Assembly (NCBI GenBank): GCA_022813965.1
Contig: JALDZS010000206.1
Location: 1-40,597, forward strand
Direction of reading: 5' to 3'
From: Toensbergia leucococca
Taxonomy: Eukaryota
Length of the DNA: 40,597 nucleotides
The stretch's first letter is position 1, and each line of letters starts with the position of its first letter. The position numbers and the translations under genes were made by a program. Positions 19,898-30,674 of this stretch are shown here, in pieces. The notes below the pieces were generated by a model. That model searched no databases. It saw only the letters and a program-made list of their open reading frames with translations, and was not told the DNA's origin.

Positions 19898-21286
19898 CTA
19901 CCCCCCACCCCCCCTCTCCATCAACTCAACCCCACCCCTCACAACCCCCACCAACCCCCCCGTCTGCACCACCTCCCCCCCACCCCCACTCAACCTCCAC
20001 TCCACCTCCGCCAACCCCTCCAACCACACCACCCTCGTCTGCACCGGCACCTCCACCCTCGCCAGCTCCTCGCTCAACGCGCTCAAAATGTCCGCGAGCG
20101 CGAGACCCTGCGAGCTTTTGAGCGCGGAGATGGTGGTAAGACAGGTGGTGAGGGAGGGAGTGCTGAGCAGGGTGTGTAGGATGTGGGTGATGGCTTCCGG
20201 GTGCGGGGAGGCGATGCAGGTGTGGATTGTGGTTGCGGTGATGATTTCGTGTGCGGTTGTTGAGGAAGTAGGAGGAGGAGCGTTTTTGAGACGGAGGGGC
20301 GTGCTGCTGGCGTGGCAGGCTTGGAGGACGTTGAGAGCGCGGCGCATGTCGCCTTTGCTGAGGCGGACGAGGGTCTCTGTCGCTTCGTCTTCGATGCTGA
20401 TATTTTCTTCGGCAATCACTTTGTCGACCAGTCGGCGGATGTCTGGGGCCTTGAGCGGGCTGAAGCGGAAGCGGGTGCAGCGGCTTAGGAGTGCTGGGGA
20501 GAGCTTGTGGGTGTAGTTTGCTATTATGCAGAAGCGGGTGTTGGAGGTGTATTTTTCCATGATGCGGCGGAGGGCCATCTGGGCGGTTGAGGTCATGGCG
20601 TCGGCTTCGTCGAGGATGATGAGTTTGTAAGTTGTTAGGGTGGGGGTGGTTGAGGAGGGGAGGGAGGTGAAGATTTGTTTTGTGCCTGTTCGTTTGGAGG
20701 GAGGCATTAGTGGGTTTGATTTGGGGGGGAGGCTTTTCTTTGGGATTGGGACCACTTTACTGGCAAAGGTTTTGATTTGTTCTCGGACGACGTCTATGCC
20801 TCTGTCGTCGCTGGCATTGAGCTCGAGCACCATCTGCCGCATGTTTTTGTTCCCATAGATACGTCTGGCCAGGGCGAGGATTGTTGATGTTTTACCTGTA
20901 CCTGGGGGACCGTAGAGGAGGAGATGTGGTAATCGCTGTGCCTACTCGTCAGCTCTCTCTCTGAGGTGGGAGGGTGAACTGATTGGAGGAAAGATTGCGA
21001 ACGTTTGTGTCGACGAATTTGTTGATGGTGGCTAGAATGTCTTGGTGGCCTGAGACGTCGTCTAGAGTGTCTGGTCGATATTTCTCAACCCTGTCATTGT
21101 TCAACTTCGGACTTGAGAATTGAAGAAAGAGGAGGAGGTGGCTTACCAAGGGAGGCTGTCTTCGGCCTCGACGGGGAGGTTTGCTGCGCTTCTTTTTCCT
21201 TTGGCATTGGTGTTGTCGGAATTGAACATTATTGAGTCCTTGACAGTGGGCATATCCACGTCCATTTCATCCTCAAAGTCAGACAT
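19898..21286 (-). CDS. RFC3: Replication factor C small subunit (yeast Rfc3 / human RFC5 type, ~396 aa)
   Basis: Exons 21286-21147, 21090-21003, 20935-20761, 20685-19898. Motifs LPWVEKYRP, HLLLYGPPGTGKTS, LELNASDDRGIDVVREQIK, IILDEADAMT, SRCTRFRF. Confidence 0.95.
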
Positions 21287-21375
21287 GTTTGCGACAATTG
21301 CAAAGGCTTTATTTGAGGATTCGCTGTCTCGATGCCATATCCTTACTCACGTTCCATTAGTAGTGCCAAAGTGTG

Positions 21376-21411
21376 ACGCGTGCCGACGCGTGAACAGCTG
21401 GCGCGCGCCAG
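21376..21411. promoter_or_regulatory. Two MCB (ACGCGT) cell-cycle boxes plus a CGCG palindrome upstream of RFC3
   Basis: ACGCGT at 21376-21381 and 21386-21391; perfect palindrome CTGGCGCGCGCCAG at 21398-21411; 90-125 bp upstream of the RFC3 ATG. Fits MBF control of replication genes. Confidence 0.7.
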
Positions 21412-21811
21412 GAATAGCCGAGGAATCCCCTCGAAGCCCCCGAGCCCCCTGAATGACTTCTCTTATCAAGATTCATGATCGAGTCTTTAATGATGTAATC
21501 TATGAGTTCGTGAATTTCACTAACTCGTAATGCTTTTGCAAATGTCGTAACACTAAGTAAAACGAAGGAATATGTTCTCACTGCAATATGTACAACTACG
21601 GAGAAACCATACAAATATTTACGGTTTTGCTTCGCCGCCCCAAGCACAATAAAGAGCGCTGGGATATGCCGTACCAACATTGAAGAAGTAAAATTACACA
21701 TTTAGCGGACACACAGTACAAGTTTGGCGGTCTCAAGAACCGCACCGCGGCTCAGCCATGATGTCTTTTCTTTCGTAAGGAGCATGAATCGTGAAATAAG
21801 TATTGCCATCT

Positions 21812-24800
21812 TCACCTCCGCTCTTCGTACCCCCTTCCCTGGCCCTGTCCCTGCCCATGTTGCCCCGCACCCCCAAACTTATACCCACCCGCTGGAGGTG
21901 TAAAGCTTCTTCCAATTCCTTGGCTGCGCATCTGCTCCTGCATCCTTAGAGCATCCTGCTGCGCCAAAATTTGCTGTTGCCTTACATACTGCTCGTGCTG
22001 CAGAGAAGAAATGTTATACGTTTGTTGCTGCTGCTGTTGTTGTTGTTGTTGTTGCTGTTGTTGTTGTTGCTGCTGCTGCTGCTGCTGAGACTGGGACTGG
22101 CGTTGGGGATTGTGTGGATGTGGCTGGATGCGCTGTACTGGGGAAGATTGGTGGTGCGGGTGGATTGATGTATAGGGGGATGGTTGGAGGGATTGGGAGG
22201 GTGCCTGTGAGGGTTGTGACTGCAGAGCGGCGTAGGAGGGGGTACGGGAGTGGGTGTGTGTCTGGGCGTGAGTGAATGACAGCGGTGGCGGGCTGGCGGG
22301 GGTGTGAGTTGGTTGAAGGGGCTGGAAAGGAGGCCGCGATGATTGTTGCGTGTATGTCGCCTGAAGATGGGGGGAGTTTGTGGGCTGGGAGGAGAAGCTG
22401 GGGCGGTGTTCGTAGTATGGGCGCTGGGCTGGGACAGTCCAGTTGCCCGTGATTTCGCGCGCTTGCGATGTGAGTTGTTGCTGTGGGGCTGGTTGGGAGA
22501 CAGACGTGCGCTGGTGCTGTGGCTGCTGTAGAAGAGACGCCTCTGATGGTGGGTCGCGGGTATGGAGCTGCTGCGCTGGCTGAGAGTGATGTTGATAGGC
22601 GTGAGATAAGGGGGCCGGGGATTGAGGTGGAGGTGTAGGAGCTGCAGCACGGGAGTCGCTGAGCCTCTTGCGGGGCTGTGGGTCCGCTGGCTCGTCGTTG
22701 AGAATTGACATAATGTTTGATCTCTTAGCTGGCGCCTGAGGTGGCCGAGGATACTGTTGAGTGGCCCCAGCCGGCACTGAACTTGGCCGTGCTACCTCTT
22801 CCAGTGGTCTTGGACCGGCAGGTGATTGTAACGGAGTAGATCCATAAGGTGTGTGTACAAGAGTGTCTAGACGTCTTGTAAGAGATGGAGACTCAGCCAC
22901 TTGCTGCTGGTGCTGAGGAATCAGCCGAGGCCTCTTGTCAATATCTATGGGCTGCGATGGAGCGATCCGAACTTGCGGGGTCGAAGTGTGTTGCTGACTC
23001 GAGACAAGCTTTGGTTCTTTAGCAATGGATGGGCGTATCTGCGCTGCCGGTTGAAACAATGATGTCGCCTGTTGTAGTTCTTGCTGTTGTTGCTGTCTAG
23101 CTCTTAATTGTTGCTGGGCCAGCAATTCTTGAAAGCCCTGGGCTTTTTGTTGCTCTGTCAACTGCCTGGGTGGTTGTTGTTGTTGTTGCTGCTGCTGCTG
23201 CTGCTGCTGTTGTTTTTGTTGCTGCGATTGGTCTAATTGCTGCGGGATTACAGGCTGAGCTTGAAGAATGGGACGAGACTCTTTTCTTTCGTCAGGGAAG
23301 GTACCAACACGAGGCCCATGTAAATGTTGAGTGCGCTGCTGTGGTAGCTGCGGTGTCGTGCGAATAGCCACATCGGCTGAGCTTTGAGTCGTCGTATGTG
23401 AGGCTATCGATGCCGGCACTGGCCCGGATTGAGCTGCATTTTGGAACCTTGGAGGAGGATGACTATTCTGCGGCGACGGAATACGAATAGAGGAATTCGA
23501 TTGAATTCTTGGGGAATCGCTCTCCATCTCAAGATTCTCCGTGCTTGGCGCCAAAGCTCTTTGAGTGGCTGCTTGAGGGGTGGGCTCGTAGCGCCGTTTG
23601 GGGATGATAGTAGGCGCAGGTGGAGGACCCATGTCATCTCCACGTTTGATCCTAGCGTCCGCCTCGTGAGCTGCCTGCTCGACTAATGACTTTCCTTGCT
23701 CGACAAGTCGAAAGTAGTAATTCTTCACCTGTAGCATTATCATGTCAGCGCTTTGTCAGTCGTCCTAATGATTTTGAACAAGGAGACTGATCAGGAGGTT
23801 TACCATGATTTGCGTTTTCGACTTCATGTAATTAGCAATGGCTTGCCAGTCGGACCCAAAGTGGCAGATCAACTTGAAAAAGTCTTGTTGCTCCGGTACA
23901 GACCAGTAACTTGAAGTCTGCGGTGTCCCTTTCGGCTGTGGCAATTGTTCCTGCATATTTGGCTGTTGCTTCGGGGCGACCACAGGGCCATTTATCGTCG
24001 TTCGCGAGCCACCGAGCCAATTTTCATTGTATCCAATTTGAGGTGCCGCCATTGGAGCAATCTGACTAGCGTGTAAACCTGGCAATAATGCTGCCTCTTC
24101 CATGTCCTTCATCCGTGGTTCATCTTCAACCTTTGGCTCCTTGCTTTTACCTCTATGTGCTTCTTTCTCAACTTTCTGTGGAGAAGGGCCAGGAGCCGCC
24201 GCTAGTAGCGGGGCTTTACCTTTCTTTGGCCCCTTCTCTTTGAGCAAGTTTGTTTTCGTACGCTTGTTGCTCGGTCTCTCCAAGGTGGACTTTGGATCCC
24301 CACTAATTTCGATTCTCGCCGCAGCAGCATTTCGCCGACCTGGTGTTGGTACTGGTGTGATTGGATCAGCATCGCCCGCCCCATCCCGGAAGTTGGCTGG
24401 AGCTGCCGCACGTCTGGGTCGTCCAGTCTCTGTCACTGCAACATTCGGGGTATCAAACTCATTGCTTTCATATAAATCCGCTCGACCGCCGAGATCGGAC
24501 ATCAAGGCGTTGGACTTAGGGCGAGCCGCACCCTTTGCAACTTTCTTACCTTTTCTAGTCCCACGAAGTTTCTGCGCTTTTTTATAATTGAAAGTAAACT
24601 TGGTGCGATAATAATGCCGGATGCAGTCTTGGTAGTCACGTCCTGGAATTGCTTCCGCAATCTTGGACCACTTCTTTGGGTAATCCACGTAGACTGCAAC
24701 AAACAGATCTTGTTCTTCCTGGTTGAAATCGTCTTCTTGGGGGTCAAAGGCAAAGACATCCAGAACCAACTGACTGTCAACCAAATGATTTGTATCCTTG

Positions 24801-27793
24801 AACATGGCTCTTTCCAGTTCATAACGATTCAGCATATTTGGTATCACGGCTTCTTTCATAGTGTCAACCACTGTCTTAGCCTCTCGTTCTCGCCTATCCT
24901 TATCTTCCTGGGCTGCCTGGGCTGTCTCATCGATTACCCTCTGCAGATCGAGCGCACTTTGATACTTGCCTGGACGTCTACCTTCAAGGATTGGTGCAGG
25001 CGTAACAACCAAGGATACGGCAGGCGTTGGTGAGGTAGGTGCAGGCGTGGTGTCTTGGTCCACTCCTCTCTGATGGTCAAGCTCTTCCGTCCTCAACTTC
25101 CAGAGTTTATAAAGGCGAGCGTATTCGTCACGTAGCTCTTCATGCTCGGCGGCTATTGACACGTGCTGGTTGGCTATTCTTTCTATGACCTGGATCTTGG
25201 TTTCTCCATAGATTTCAAGCTGCTCCTGCAAATCCTCCAATTCAGAGAACGGAGTAGACGGTCCAGAAACCAAGAATGGTAAACTCTCAATTGGAGGTGT
25301 ATTTGGCCGAACGAATTTAGTGCTCGAGAAGATTGAATAATCATGAGCATCAATTTGTGTATCATTAGCCTCCTCTGATTTAGGCGATGCAATTTCCAAC
25401 AGCGCTCGATTAGTATTATCTCTATCATCGGGCTCGGTGTCAGCGGCTAACCCATTGGCTTTATCTTCGGCAGCCCTCGCTAACGCATCAAGCTCCTCTA
25501 ATAATAATAGGAGAATCGGATGATGTCGAGGTGTGGCTGGTTTTTTTGATTCAAGAGCTTGCAGTTCACGCTCAAATCTTTCCTCGGCTTTTTCGAAATC
25601 TATTTCATCCAAGTCAGGATCTTCTTCGATAACAGACTCTTTTCGGTCGTTGGTTCTCCCCGACTCAGACATCGAAGTGGTTGACAGTGGTGGGTCTAGC
25701 AATTCTGCAGCTTTCCTGGCCGGATCAGGCTTCGACGTTCGATGTTGTATCCCATCTGCCAAGGGATCCCCAGCCTGGCGGACAGAGATCTTAGTCAGTG
25801 AAGAGCTAGCATGGCCTTCAATACCAAGCTTTGCATCCTCTAATCCTCGAGGGCCTGTTGCTTCTTTCGAGGATCGGATTCTTTCATCCCCACTAAAGTC
25901 TCTTTTTACCGGCAAGGAGTTCATCATAGAAGGACCTCGAGGAGTATGTTGAGGAAGCCCTGGTCGTACCCACTGCAGACTTTTCCGTGGCGGCTGCCAC
26001 TGTGCTAAAGGAGCTTTTGTAGGCCCTCGCACTGGTGTGGGAGCTGAAGGTCTGACCGATGATGTGCTGCGCTCTGCCCGCGGTCCCGTTGGAATTTTCA
26101 CGGGCGAAGCCTGGTTTATCATGTCGGTAAAGGGCATTTTCGGAGTATTGGCATTTCTGAAACCCGGATTTTTGTACTCAAGACGAGCTTGATCATCGAT
26201 GGGCTTAGTAATAGATGGCTGCTGAGGTTGCAAAAATGCAGGTCTTGACGATGATTGTGATTCTACGTAGGGACTGGAAACTGGCATTGTAGGTGTCGCA
26301 GGAGCTATAGAGGGCTTGACCGCGGTCTGGAAAGGACCACCATGATCCTGATTAGGTTTCTCAACGTGTGGCTTCTCCACGTTTGAGGAGTCTTTGCGCG
26401 GAGAGCTTTGGTCATCCCTCACGATGTCCACTACACGGTTGTTAGATTCTGGGTTCTCAATAGTTGACCGTCGATCTTGGATCTGGATAGCCTTCGGCCC
26501 TGTTGGCGGATGATTAACAAGCTGGCCCTTCGGCCCTGTAGGAGCAATCCTTGATATGCCAGGGGTAGTAGTTGCGATTGCGGGTCTCGGCGGTACTATG
26601 GACGATGGCTGATCCCGCGGATGAGCTGGGTTATTCTTTGTATTCTGTTCAATAGGCGTCGATCGATAAGCTATGGAGCCGAATGCAGGTACTTGTGGCG
26701 CTTGTGGGGGCGGAGATGCAGTACGTGGTGCGTATCGCTCCCTCGATGGGTCTGGGCGGAGAGGATGCGGCTCGATCCGGTCCATTTCCCGAGAAGTATT
26801 TGCGAAACTTGACGTAAGGGTAGCGCCTGAGAATCTTCGGAGTGATTCCACGCTAGGAGCGCGGCCCTTTGTACGATCTGTACTGAACGGATGAGAGGAT
26901 GTTGCAGACGCCGAATGAGGGGTTAAAGGAGTCGCCTGAGCAGTGCCAGAATTCCGCGAGTCTGGACGATGCGGAGGTAGCTCCCTTTTATTCCTCTCAA
27001 TTTCTCGGTCGCGATCCTCCCAGTCCGGTCTGACATCGTCTTCTTTTCTGCTTCCGTCTCTTTCACGGTCATTTTCCCGATTATCTCGTAGGTTTCTGTC
27101 CCATGTACGATCATGAGATCTACTCCTAGGTCGAATTGCATCGCGCCCTTCTGTATAACCCTTTCTGCCTCTTCTATTGTCCCAATCACCCCTCTCGCGC
27201 CCTCGAAAGCCCCCTTGACCGTGAAATGTTGCAGATGAAAGCACATCTGAAGTGGAAGATGTGGCTGACGGAGGTCCATCTCTCGAATCTCTCCTGACTC
27301 GACTCAAGTCCAGATCTCTTGGTGCAAAATCTCTGGACAGCCGATAATCTCTAGTTGGAGGAGACCTAGTACGATTGCGACTCAAAGGGGATGGCCTCCG
27401 CTCTCTGCTGTCTGGACGATCTCGCCAGCTTCGATCACGGTCTATCTCTCTTCTTGCGGTTGGTGTATCTCTAGCGCCACGGAATTCGCGATCTCGAACA
27501 TCACCCCGTCCAGCAGATCCTCTGCCACGCAATGGAAATCCACCACCACCAGCCCCTCCTCTTGGCCCATCCAGTAATGCCTTGGGACCTCTTGGGGGTT
27601 CTCTATTAGAGTCGCGTCCAAGGCCGGACCACCCTTGAGACTCATAGGAACGATAGCTGGAGTCGTTTGTTCTTCCTCCAAGAGACCCACCATATGGAGC
27701 CGACGAACGCCTATCAGAGAAACGTGGGGGTGAGCGATCTCTCGGCATGTAGCGGGACTCATTTGAGTTTGGCGGAGGAATCCGAGAAGACAT
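21812..27793 (-). CDS. SNT1: SANT/Myb-domain Set3C HDAC complex subunit (Snt1 / N-CoR-like, ~1968 aa)
   Basis: Exons 27793-23804 and 23728-21812. SANT1: FNQEEQDLF...YPKKWSKIA...DCIRHYY. SANT2: SSYWSVPEQQDF...FGSDWQAIA...SKTQIM|VKNYY, split by intron 23729-23803. RD/RE-rich N-terminus, Q-rich C-terminus with SNIMSILND motif. Confidence 0.85.
22022..22087 (-). repeat. CAG/CAA trinucleotide repeat encoding polyQ (~22 Q)
   Basis: Within the last SNT1 exon. Confidence 0.95.
23173..23226 (-). repeat. Second CAG/CAA polyQ tract
   Basis: QQQKQQQQQQQQQQQQQ in SNT1. Confidence 0.9.
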
Positions 27794-28682
27794 GGGACAT
27801 TATTGAACTACGGATGGATGCTGATTCGAGGCAACTTTGCGGTCAGAAATCGGATTAGGCTTGTTCGAGACGCAGCTTTCCGGATATCAGGTAAGCTCGC
27901 GATGCGAAGTCTTTGAGCGTTTCATACAGCTGGTATGCTCCCATTGATGATGAAGTTGCGAGCTTAGATCAACACTGTGCAGTTGACTTGTCACCACTGT
28001 GGGCAGGAAAATCCTTGGATCGAGGTGAGAGTAGGCTGGTTGAAGCGCCTCGATCTAGATATAGGCCAAGAGAAGAGCGAGAGAGCAGTACTGAGTTGGA
28101 TCCTGCTTGGATCAGGCAAGATGTCGATCGTGAAAGGACCTCAAAATCAAACCTGACAGAAGGCAATCTTCAGGTACGAGCAATGAAAGGAACGGAGGTT
28201 CGGGTTGCCCGGGTCGTGGGTTGATTCTTCAAAGGCTGAGGCTATTACGAAGAGGAATTGGGGTAGGAATCAGCGGAATGTCGAAAATTGGAGTTGATTC
28301 TAGCGCGTCTCGAACGATGATCCACGGTAAGAAGCTAGTGAGTATAAGGGAAGGTGGGTTTTAGATCCCTGCATATGGAGTACGTGGGGGGGCTGAATTG
28401 CGCACGCCAGGGAAAATTCTAAATTGGTCCGAAAACTCAGGTATCAAGTTTCTCTTAGCCTCTGATTCCTCGTGGATCCAGGAGCTCATGTACGGAGTAC
28501 CGGAACAACAGATGCATGATCAAAGGCCAGCCCAATAAAGTTATTGACATTGTTTGACAGCTAGGTACGGATAGACTTCGTAACTTCGGCCCGTTAAATC
28601 TTACAGAATCTCAGTATATCCCGGATTCACCAAACCTATGAGGGCCATCTACAACCACCTTTGATTTGGTCGTGTCGTCAGT

Positions 28683-29870
28683 ATGACTGGAGATCTTGGT
28701 CCTGCCGGGCCTAATGGACACGTGCCCATTACAGCTACGGATGCGGTCCTCAAACCATCTGATTCGGTTCCTGAGGGGGCGCAGAAGGTTCGCGGGATCG
28801 AGTTTGACGATTATGATGGACGGGATATTACCGCCAAGGAGCTGGTTGCCGGTATGACTCATATGGGGTTTCAAGCCAGTGCAGTTGGCGATGCTGTCAG
28901 AATTATCAATGATATGGTAGGTTCTTTGGATCTCAAGAAGCACGGACAACTGATGAATCGAAGAAAACTTGGAGGGATCCTGATACTGGAGATAAGAATA
29001 CCATATTCCTTGGTTATACGTCGAATTTGATTTCATCCGGCCTCCGGGAAACCATTCGATACCTTGTGCAGCACAGGCATATTTCTGCCATTGTGACTAC
29101 TGCTGGCGGCATCGAAGAAGATTTAATCAAGTGCCTGGCGCCGACCTATCTTGGCTCATTTTCGTCCTCTGGTGCCGATCTCAGGGCCAATGGAATGAAT
29201 CGTATCGGCAACCTGATCGTGCCGAATAGTAATTACTGTGCCTTTGAAGACTGGGTTGTACCTATTCTAGACCAAATGCTTATAGAACAAGAAGAATCCA
29301 GAGCATCCGAAGAACCTCTTGTCTGGACACCCAGTACGGTCATTCATCGACTGGGAAAAGAGATCAATAATAAAGCTTCGGTCTACTATTGGGCGTACAA
29401 GAACAAAATACCAGTCTTTTGCCCAGCATTGACTGATGGTAGTTTTGGGGATATGCTATATTTTCATACTTACAAATCTTCCCCCCAAATACTTGATATC
29501 AGCATAACCAGAGACATTCGAAAATTGAATGATGTCGCCATGCATGCAAAGAGAGCTGGCATGATCATACTCGGGGGAGGGCTTGTTAAGCATCACATTG
29601 CGAATGCTTGTCTAATGCGTAACGGGGCCGAAAGCGCAGTGTACATCAACACAGCTCAGGAGTTTGATGGGAGCGATGCTGGGGCCAGACCTGATGAGGC
29701 GGTCAGCTGGGGCAAGATCAAAGTTGATGGAGATAGCGTCAAGGTGATGAGACTTACCTTTTGCCAAGGTTAAGCTGAGAGTGTCACAGGTTTATGCAGA
29801 AGCGACTGTGGTATTCCCGCTGATTGTAGCAGCCACTTTTGCCCGGGCGGATGGCAGAGAAGTGGGTTGA
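28683..29870 (+). CDS. DYS1: Deoxyhypusine synthase (~364 aa)
   Basis: Exons 28683-28916, 28964-29743, 29790-29870. Motifs [64 protein letters not shown]. Confidence 0.97.
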
Positions 29871-30674
29871 GGGTGCGAAGACCCTAAGCGGCTTCCTATT
29901 AAGACGTTATGTCTTGGACCTATCAGAATGAACGGAAAACACTGCAAGAAAGCGAAGGGCAATTGGTCGCACCGATCTTCAGCATCAAGAATGCTCTTGA
30001 TTCTAATGAAGTCATTCACCCTTGAGCAAGGTAGAGCGATGCTATTGTCCCTCAACCCTAAAACATAGTAGTGAGATGATAGGAGACTGAAAAGACATGG
30101 GAGGGTTTGAGAAATACAGCAGAAAGCGATAGGATGCTCAGCTCGGGAGAGCATTCTTACCTTTTGTAGTATCTAGGCGGCAGTGACTTGGGATGGCTGT
30201 AGAATAGCATTGAATACTTTGATGGAGTTAGTATTTCATGCTTCCTACCGCATGCTTCAAAGTTCAAATGTTCCACTTTACCAAGATTACCGTCCTTGGG
30301 TATTATATTCCCCACTCAGAGTCTCAGCCTCATCAAGCCTCAAACTAAAGCCCGGAGCCAAGCGTTTAAAGCAGCCTAGGTAGGTACCTAGGTAAGCGGG
30401 AGAAGTGGGAAAGGTGGGACCTCGGGAAAGAAGCGGTGCCTGGAGCCTGGGCGGTGTGATTCATGGAAGAGTGCAGTGACAGCTTGTCACACATTCATCT
30501 CTTACCCTGGACCACCTTGCACGCAATATCTCCAGCTACTCATCATGACTCTTGATCTATCATCATTGCCCACTGACAATCCCCTACCTTGGACACTTTG
30601 TTCACTATCTTGAACCATTTTCTCATGTTAATCACCTCCACCTCTTCACTAGAATCTGATTCACCATCGCACAT

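Noticed and set aside
19824..20516. 230-aa plus-strand ORF
   Set aside because: Antisense shadow of the skewed last exon of RFC3.
27913..28224. 103-aa plus ORF and short minus-strand uORFs in the SNT1-DYS1 spacer
   Set aside because: Non-ATG start or very short, no recognisable similarity; transcript start unknown.
28374..28575. TACGGAGTA-like motifs in the SNT1-DYS1 spacer
   Set aside because: Common short intergenic motif in filamentous ascomycetes; no specific function supportable here.
30375..30393. Short palindrome CCTAGGTAGGTACCTAGG upstream of the MATH gene
   Set aside because: Too short, and similar to the common (AGGT)n intergenic simple repeat.
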